A stretch of 62,937 bases of DNA, filler included, from Octopus bimaculoides (Eukaryota): the NCBI RefSeq assembly GCF_001194135.2. It is 4 parts of 4 records of this genome, joined end to end, with 100 filler letters (N's around TTAATTAATTAA, not from the genome) between each part and the next. Parts side by side here need not be neighbours in the genome. Positions count along the whole stretch, not along the records: positions 36,193 to 48,166 come from NC_069005.1; positions 48,267 to 62,937 come from NC_068982.1; 2 more parts are not named here. One strand, given 5' to 3'. Both the position numbers and the translations under genes were made by a program. Shown here one piece after another: positions 40,269 through 48,799 of this stretch (within the stretch, counting starts at the first letter, position 1; every line of letters starts with the position of its first letter). The notes under the pieces were generated by a model. The model made no database searches. It saw only the letters and a list, made by a program, of their open reading frames with translations, and had not been told where the DNA came from.

Positions 40269-40697
40269 ATGCAGTATCTTGAAGCAGTGCTGTACGCCAT
40301 AGATAACCTTAAAGGACTCTTTCCTTCGTTGCTGCCTGGAGTGAAGCTTGGAACTTTAATATTAGACGACTGTAGTTCGTCTAGCAGCGCCGTATCACAG
40401 ATTTCAGACTTACAACACGGACGACTCAAGGTGGTCGACTCTCTCACTCGTTCCCAACTCCAGCCTAGAACCATATCAGGATATTTGGGTCTAGCTGATA
40501 CCTGGCTAACTGTACCCTTGGCAGAGACCATGGATCGTCTGAAGCGGCCGTTCATCGGTTATACTGCCATGGGCTATCAGATGAAACCAATGTCTACCAA
40601 TGAATTTCCGTTTTATTTGAACCCGTTACAGCTACACTCAACGCTCATGCGAATACTCTCTCAGTTTCTTCGAAATGTTGGATGGAAATATGTACAA
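40269..40697 (+). CDS. Exon C: VFT-b lobe 1
   Basis: tgttgcag acceptor and CAA|gtaaga donor. MQYLEAVLYAID...LLPGVKLGTLILDDCS...PFIGY...VGWKYVQ. Confidence 0.92.
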
Positions 40698-41828
40698 GTA
40701 AGACAATTATTTCCTTCTTTATCAACCAATCATTTTAATTTTTTTAAATTTATGTAGAAAAGACCTTGTTATTATTGATGGTCCTTTTTAGAGGCGATAC
40801 GTTAGCAGGCTCAATAGTAAAGGACGAGCCGCTAAACCCCTTTGTGGTACTCATTTACGTTTCCTTACGTTCTGAGTTGGTTTTCTGATAAAGGTCAACT
40901 TTACCCCTTATCCAAATTTTGAATTTGAATAAAAAGTAATCAATTTTTTTTTCATGCTTGTCAAATTTTTCAGGTCAACATTTATAGCCAAATTAAAGTT
41001 AGGTCAACTACTGCACCAAAATGACTTTGGAGAAGCAAAAATTCCATGTGAAATGCAACAAGATTAGGAAACATTGCAACAGTGTTTGAATGTTTACGCT
41101 ACACACTATGTTGGCTTGTATGGGTTTGAGAGAATGTATGTGTACATGTGCTTGAGGGAATGTGTGTGGGAAACATTTTGCACTGCATTTTACAACATAC
41201 AAGTTGAATTTTTCAAACCAAAAGTTACAGACAGAAAAAGGTCAGTCGACCTATACACAAAGATGACTTTGCAGGACCAAAAATTCCAACAAGAGTGATG
41301 ATGTTTGAATCTTTACACTATACACTATGTCGACTTGTATGCTGGAAAATATGGCATTTAACTTTTGGACAAAAGTGATACCAAACTTTTATCCAACTAT
41401 TATTTTTGATTTGTATAAAATACCAAACTCCGTTATCCATCCTTAGGATATAAAAATAAACACGTAAATTATTTGGCAGCTTACTCGTTGCTTTTTTGTT
41501 CGTTTCGTTTTCATACGTTGCGGTATTTTGCTTTCTGATTTCCAATCCTGTCGAGGTGACTTTGCCTTATGTTTAGCGGCATATCATTGGCGGTGGGATT
41601 TTTCAGACATACGATGAATGAACGCCTGCAACTGACGAAACGCATATAAGTTGAAATCACGTGATCTAGCAGTTCTGCGACCCATGTTAGACGGCTTTCG
41701 TCTGCTAGCGATATGTTTGTGCTTCTGAGCACTTTTCGTCTATATGAGAGGATCTTACAAGGCGAATACCACTGTAATACGGTATTCTAACAATATATTC
41801 ACATTAAGTTGGATACAAAGATTGCCAT

Positions 41829-41874
<46 letters not shown>

Positions 41875-42244
41875 TATGTGTGTATATTTCGTATGTGTAT
41901 TTCAAGTGCATGTGTTTATTACCGGCATAATGCCTCTCCCAAGGTTTAATTGTATGTATGTATATGATATATGATATATACTAAGGGTTCTTTTTATTTA
42001 TGAATATGTGTATGTATGTGCGTATGTATATGTATGCGTGTATTTTTATATGTATGTTTTTGTACATGTATTTACGCATATGTGTGTATGTCTGTATATA
42101 TGCATGCGTACACTTATATGTGTATATATGTATCTATGCATATACACATACAAATATACATACAGGCACGTCCGTTTTCATTTAATAGTTTCCTATGTCA
42201 AACTGTTTAAAGTTGTTCTAAAGTTGTTTTCTTTCTCTTATCAG

Positions 42245-43042
42245 GTGTTGTATTCAGAGGATTCTTACGGCGAAAATGGCCGGATGGAACTGGTCAAAGA
42301 AGCAGCAAAATATGGTATTTGCGTGGTTGCAAGCCACTCAATTGACAAGCTACAGAAGAGCACTGAGTTGATAAATGCTCTTAGACGAAACCCGAACGCA
42401 AAACCTGTTGTGGTTCTTGTCAGAAATAAGAAATCTATTCGGAGAATTCTGGAAAGTATCCGAGCCGAGGCGGCTGCCGGAGAATTTACTTTCATTGGTT
42501 TGGACAGTTGGGGAACATCTGACCATATAGTAAAAGGTTTCGAGAATGAAGCAGACGGCACGTTGATATTTCGTTACAAGACAGCGGCGATTGCCGATTT
42601 TCAGAACTACTTGGATTCACTAGATGCTCAGAATCACGCACACAATCCTTGGTTCATCGAATGGTTTCAAAATATGTTTAAATGTGCCCTCACTTCTGCC
42701 GATGTACTGAAGCACGGCCAACTTTGCAACGCCACATATGCCAAGTCTAAAATTACGTCTTCACCTTGGTTTGAACTCGACCCGAGAGTGTTGTTCGTTA
42801 CCGATGCTGTCTATGCGTTCGCTCACGGTCTTGATAGTTCTTTGAGGGAGGTGTGCGGTCAGAATTACAGTGGTGTCTGTAGCAAGTTCTTAACGTCACG
42901 TGACAGTGGAGACATACTCATCAAGAACATCAAAGCAGCCAGATTCAGAGACGAAAATCTACACTATTTTGCTTTCGACAAGAATGGTTTTGGCAACATT
43001 CCTTTCGAAATATTCAATTACAATTCCAAAAAATATGATCTG
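42245..43042 (+). CDS. Exon D: VFT-b lobe 2 and C-terminal half
   Basis: cttatcag acceptor and CTG|gtatga donor. VLYSEDSYGENG...GICV...FIGLDSWG...NPWFIEWF...FVTDAVYAFAHGL...FDKNG. Confidence 0.93.
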
Positions 43043-43107
43043 GTATGATTCCATTATTCTCTCAACATTATTCTATTATTCTCTTAAACTAATCTGTCTA
43101 GCACATT

Positions 43108-43270
43108 AGACTGCGGCCAGGCTGGGGCGCCGTTTTAAAGAATTTTTAGTTGCACCAATCGACCCCAGTACTTTTTTTTTTGTTAAACTTGGTTCTTATT
43201 ATATCGGTATCTATTACCGAACCGCTATGTCACAAGGTCGTAAACACACCATCACCGGTCGTTAAGCGAT
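43108..43270 (-). mobile_element. SINE family B copy
   Basis: gactgcggcc...tcgaccccagtact...accgaaccgct, reverse of 47170-47392. Confidence 0.65.
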
Positions 43271-43323
43271 GGTTGGAGACAGACACACACACACACCCAG
43301 ATACATACGTACATATATGTATA

Positions 43324-43357
<34 letters not shown>

Positions 43358-43393
43358 CATCTGTGTGTGTGTGTGTATAAATATATATATACG

Positions 43394-43477
<84 letters not shown>

Positions 43478-43585
43478 GCATACATGACGATAAAGTGGTT
43501 ACCGTATACAAGAACGTCTTGGGATAAGACCCACTTGTCCGTGAAATATTCTGATCATGTTTTCCTTTTCTTCTACATTTTACAG

Positions 43586-43787
43586 GTGGGTGAGTACAGC
43601 TTAACCAATGAAAGGTTTTCTTTGAACGAAAACAGCCTCAAACTATTCGGTGGGGCGTCAGTGACGTCAGTGCGTCCATCTTGCAAAGAAAAATGTATCT
43701 CCTGTCAGTACATGTCAAACGAACAACCAACGATGTTCATACCCGGAGACCTACTCATCGCCGCCATGTTTGATATCCACAGTGCAG
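43586..43787 (+). CDS. Exon E: end of VFT-b, 3-Cys linker, start of VFT-c
   Basis: ttttacag acceptor and GCAG|gtaata donor (phase 1). VGEYS...RPSCKEKCISC...PGDLLIAAMFDIHSAG. Confidence 0.9.
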
Positions 43788-44321
43788 GTAATAGGCCCTT
43801 CTCTTTTACTCTTCTATAATTTCACCTGTTCCATGGCGCCATAAATATTCCTTCATACATTCTTTCATACATTCTGTTATTCCATTTTTTTTTTCATATT
43901 ACTCCATCTTTTCTATCCTTATTACGCCCTTCTGTTATTCCATCAAAGCATCTCATTCATCCTATCCTTCTACCCAACTTAGCCCGTCTATCCTTCTGTT
44001 ATTTCATCCTTGTATCAGTTCATTAATACTTCACTTCTGTCATCCTTTCTTTCCATCATTCCATCCTACCATCCTGCCCTCCCTCCCTTCAATCCTTCTC
44101 TATATTTCATCATTCCATCTATTCCACATCCTTACATCATTACATATTTATTACCCAACATTGTGTCCTTCCGTGCTTCTTTTCTTCAATTCTGCCATCC
44201 TTACATCCAATATATCATTCCATTATTCCGTTCTTCTATCCCTATACCCTCCCATCCTTACATCTTTCAATCCTTATACCTGTAATCTTACCTTGTTTAT
44301 TCCATCATCCTATCCATTTAA

Positions 44322-44456
44322 TCCTACCGTCCTTCTTGTCTGCTATCCTTCTATCCTACCGTCCTCCTTGTCTGCTATCCTTCTATCCTACCGTCCTTCT
44401 TGTCTGCTATCCTTCTATCCTACCGTCCTTCTTGTCTGCTATCCTTCTATCCTACC
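44322..44456. repeat. 32-bp minisatellite, about 4 copies, in a pyrimidine-rich intron
   Basis: Unit atcctaccgtccttcttgtctgctatccttct. Confidence 0.85.
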
Positions 44457-44695
44457 ATTCTTTCATCCCACTATCTTTCCATCACACCATTCTTACATTC
44501 TGCCATCATTCTACCCTCTCATTCTTCCATCATTCCCTCTTCCCATACAACGATTCTACTATCCAGCTATCTTTCCATCCTGCCATCCTTTTATCCAACC
44601 ATCATTTTATTCTGCTATCACTGCATTCTACCGTCCTTCTATACTGCCATTTTTCCATCCCTAAATATTGTAAATATACACCTTAAATATTGTAC

Positions 44696-44727
<32 letters not shown>

Positions 44728-44866
44728 GGCACTCCGTCGCTTACGACGTCGAGGGTTCCAGTTGGTCGGATCAACTGGAACCCTNNNNNNNNNNTCGCTT
44801 ACGACGTCGAGGGTTCCAGTTGGTCGGATCAACTGGAACCCTCATCGTCGTAAGCGACGGAGTGCC
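44728..44866. repeat. 81-nt near-perfect hairpin flanked by (GTT)n/(AAC)n, partly duplicated across a 10-N gap
   Basis: Arms of 21 bp and 14 bp pair exactly, separated by a 2x2 mismatch. Confidence 0.8.
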
Positions 44867-45006
44867 AACAACAACAACAACAAATATATACACTAAATAT
44901 TAACTAAATAGCCTAACCTATTTTATAACTGTAATGAGTCATCGCAGATCTTTAAACATTTAATCCAAGACGAAATTCTATCGGTTTTCTTATCTTTCAA
45001 TTCCAG

Positions 45007-45223
45007 ATCAATCACCGTTCGTTTGTGGTCCCATGAGCGTTTATGGAGGTTTCCAAAATACTGAGGCCTTTGCTTTCGCTCTCGATTGGGTTAACCGGGG
45101 TCTATTAAGTGATGTGACCTTAAACAATATCACTCTTGGAGGGATCGCGTTTGACGGTTGTTCAACACCGGCTCGAGCCAAATCGATAACTTTGAACTTC
45201 CATCACGGTCTATTGAACACCAG
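45007..45223 (+). CDS. Exon F: VFT-c lobe 1, N-terminal part
   Basis: ttccag acceptor whose phase matches exon E; AG|gtaaaa donor (phase 2). DQSPFVCG...FQNTEAFAFALDWVN...NITLGGIAFDGCS. Confidence 0.9.
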
Positions 45224-45237
45224 GTAAAAATCTTCTT

Positions 45238-45287
45238 ATTTATTTCAGTCATTTCACTGCGGCCATGCTGGGGCACCGCCTTGAAGG
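45238..45287 (-). mobile_element. SINE family B 3' fragment
   Basis: ttcagtcatttcactgcggccatgctggggcaccgccttgaag. Confidence 0.6.
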
Positions 45288-45583
45288 CCATGGAATTAGA
45301 AATTGGTAAATAGAAACTGTTGGCAATTTTTCAATGGAACTGGGTTTCTTTTTACTTTTTATAGAGTGTAACACTGAATCTACCGCCTTGTTGAACACTG
45401 ATGTATATTTTTATGTACATATAGACATGTATATATTTTATATGTGTGTGTGTGTGTGTTACAGACACGTATATATAATATATTATATATATGTGTATAT
45501 GTAGACATGTATATATATAATACATTATATATATATAGATATATCTATATACAGACATCATATATATGTATGTATATATGTAT

Positions 45584-45672
<89 letters not shown>

Positions 45673-45971
45673 TTTATATTATTAATAAAATTAATAAAAT
45701 TATCAATAATATTCACAGGAAATCAATATCCAAATTTCCGAAAGATATATGTTTAATGTGACACAGTAATATTTTGAATTATAATTAAATTAAAATTTAA
45801 GATATACAAAATATAAATGTACATAAAAATACAAGCGTATATAAATGTATATAAAAATGTATGCGTAATTGAGTATAAATATTATGAAAGTCTAAAGTTT
45901 GAAAAGCATCTTATATATTACATATATATATATGTGTGCGTATATGAGCATACATATATGTATGTGTATGT

Positions 45972-46014
<43 letters not shown>

Positions 46015-47169
46015 TGTGTATGTGCGTGTGCGTGCGTGTGTGCATACATGTGTATCNNNNNNNNNNNNNNNNNNNNNNNNNNNNNNNNNNNNNNNNNNNN
46101 NNNNNNNNNNNNNNNNNNNNNNNNNNNNNNNNNNNNNNNNNNNNNNNNNNNNNNNNNNNNNNNNNNNNNNNNNNNNNNNNNNNNNNNNNNNNNNNNNNNN
46201 NNNNNNNNNNNNNNNNNNNNNNNNNNNNNNNNNNNNNNNNNNNNNNNNNNNNNNNNNNNNNNNNNNNNNNNNNNNNNNNNNNNNNNNNNNNNNNNNNNNN
46301 NNNNNNNNNNNNNNNNNNNNNNNNNNNNNNNNNNNNNNNNNNNNNNNNNNNNNNNNNNNNNNNNNNNNNNNNNNNNNNNNNNNNNNNNNNNNNNNNNNNN
46401 NNNNNNNNNNNNNNNNNNNNNNNNNNNNNNNNNNNNNNNNNNNNNNNNNNNNNNNNNNNNNNNNNNNNNNNNNNNNNNNNNNNNNNNNNNNNNNNNNNNN
46501 NNNNNNNNNNNNNNNNNNNNNNNNNNNNNNNNNNNNNNNNNNNNNNNNNNNNNNNNNNNNNNNNNNNNNNNNNNNNNNNNNNNNNNNNNNNNNNNNNNNN
46601 NNNNNNNNNNNNNNNNNNNNNNNNNNNNNNNNNNNNNNNNNNNNNNNNNNNNNNNNNNNNNNNNNNNNNNNNNNNNNNNNNNNNNNNNNNNNNNNNNNNN
46701 NNNNNNNNNNNNNNNNNNNNNNNNNNNNNNNNNNNNNNNNNNNNNNNNNNNNNNNNNNNNNNNNNNNNNNNNNNNNNNNNNNNNNNNNNNNNNNNNNNNN
46801 NNNNNNNNNNNNNNNNNNNNNNNNNNNNNNNNNNNNNNNNNNNNNNNNNNNNNNNNNNNNNNNNNNNNNNNNNNNNNNNNNNNNNNNNNNNNNNNNNNNN
46901 NNNNNNNNNNNNNNNNNNNNNNNNNNNNNNNNNNNNNNNNNNNNNNNNNNNNNNNNNNNNNNNNNNNNNNNNNNNNNNNNNNNNNNNNNNNNNNNNNNNN
47001 NNNNNNNNNNNNNNNNNNNNNNNNNNNNNNNNATTCATCTTAATGTGTGTGTGTGTGTGTGTGTGTGTGTCTGTGTCTGTGTGTATCTGTGTGTGTCTGT
47101 GTGTGTCTGTGTGTCTGTGTCTGTGTGTGTGTCTGTGTCTGTGTCTGTGTCTATGTCTGTGTCTGTGTG

Positions 47170-47392
47170 TTTTTCTTCCCCGCCACCACTTGACAACCGG
47201 TGTTCGTGTATTCTACATCTCCGTAACTTAGCGGTTCGGCAAAAGAGAGACCGATAGAATAAGTACCAGGCTTACCAACAAATTAAGTACTGGGGTCGAT
47301 TCATTCGACTAAAAATTTCTTCAAGGCCGTGCTCCAGCATGGCCGCAGTCTAATGACTGAAACTAGTAAAAAAAGCGAAAAGACTTGTCATA
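47170..47392 (+). mobile_element. SINE family B copy
   Basis: ccaccacttgacaaccggtg...aagtactggggtcgattcattcgac...catggccgcagtctaatgactgaaac; ends just upstream of the exon G acceptor. Confidence 0.75.
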
Positions 47393-47415
47393 ATTTCTTG
47401 TCTTTTCTTTCGCAG

Positions 47416-47850
47416 ACGAAGTTCCCGATTCTTGAAGAATTTAAGTCATGGCTCCTTAAAAAGACCCCAAGCAACAGTAAAAACCAAACTAACCCTTGGT
47501 TTAACGAGTACTTCGAGATCTACTACGGGTGCTATTTGGGTACAAACTGCACCGTCAGCGATTCGCTTGTGGACAATCGGTTCGAACAGAATCACCAAGT
47601 GGTTCCTACCATAAACGCTGTGTTTTCTTTGGCCAAAGGCATTCAAATGACCCTACAGGAAAAGTGTGGCGTGTCGTATAAGGGCATCTGTAATGAATAC
47701 TTGACCGATTTGGACACCAGGCAGAAGATAATGTCCAACATGGACAGAATGGCGTTGACCACTATTAACGGAAGTTCCTTCCGGTTCACTAACCGGGAGG
47801 TTGAAGGTGTGGTCGTGGTCAGTCACGTTCATAATGGAGTTATTCGTAAC
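47416..47850 (+). CDS. Exon G: C-terminal half of VFT-c
   Basis: tttcgcag acceptor and AAC|gtgagt donor. NPWFNEYF...GCYLGTNC...TINAVFSLAKGI...KCGVSYKGICNEY. Confidence 0.9.
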
Positions 47851-47901
47851 GTGAGTAGAAATTTTGGCTTTTGTTATTATTAATATTTATTTAACCTCCA
47901 A

Positions 47902-48166
47902 GGCGGCGAGTTGGCAGAAACGTTAGCTCGCCGCGCGAAATGCTTAGCGGTATTTCGTCTGCTGTTACGTTCTGAGTTCAAATTCCGCCGAGGTCGACTT
48001 TGCCTTTCATCCTTTCGGGGGTCGATAAATTAAGTATCAGCTTCGCACTGGGGTCGATGTAATCGACTTAATCCCTTTGTCTGTCCTTGTTTGTCCCCTC
48101 TATGTTTAGCCCCTTGTGGGCAATAAAGAAATAAGAAACGTTAGCACGGGCAAAATGCTTAGCGGT
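47902..48166 (+). mobile_element. SINE family A full copy plus restart of a second 5' segment
   Basis: Complete element to about 48132, then aaacgttagcacgggcaaaatgcttagcggt running into the spacer. Confidence 0.9.
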
Positions 48167-48266
48167 NNNNNNNNNNNNNNNNNNNNNNNNNNNNNNNNNN
48201 NNNNNNNNNNTTAATTAATTAANNNNNNNNNNNNNNNNNNNNNNNNNNNNNNNNNNNNNNNNNNNN
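48167..48266. other. Artificial scaffold-join spacer (44 N + TTAATTAATTAA + 44 N)
   Basis: Same 100-bp construct as at 11853. Confidence 0.95.
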
Positions 48267-48799
48267 GAGAGAGAGAGAGAGAGAGAGAGAGAGGCGGAGA
48301 AGAAAAGCTATTTTAAATGTATATTGATTGATTCATTTCCACAGAAGTATTTTCATTGGTGATATTTCTTCGAGCTGGGATCGTAGAGAAGTTCTGAAAA
48401 TTATTTATATAAAGAAAGACAGCCATATGCTTTGAGAATGATGGAAAGAAATTTCGGTACTGCGCCTGAAAATGCCTGAAAAATAATACATAGCCTATTT
48501 GTTTACTACGAAAGATATCAAAATAAGTTTATTGCTATATTTACCTGATCTACGATAACAATACGCTATTGTTTTTCGATGTAAACAAAAGCGAAAACGA
48601 AGCTTACCTGAAGATTTCGCTTTTTGATAACTTTCACAAATCAAACAAAAACTGCATACATACATTTGTTCAAGTATTATTCTAAGAAAGCAAATGTGAC
48701 CACGTAATTGGAAACTTGAAGTTTATCGTTGGAATTTTTCGAATTTTTTTTTAACACGTGTGACTGACGAAAATTTTAAATATAATACTTAAAGCTTGT

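Noticed and set aside
37348-47850. Naming the gene as an mGluR (GRM) orthologue
   Set aside because: Multi-VFT architecture, altered pocket residues and no visible nine-Cys domain or 7TM; no symbol assigned.
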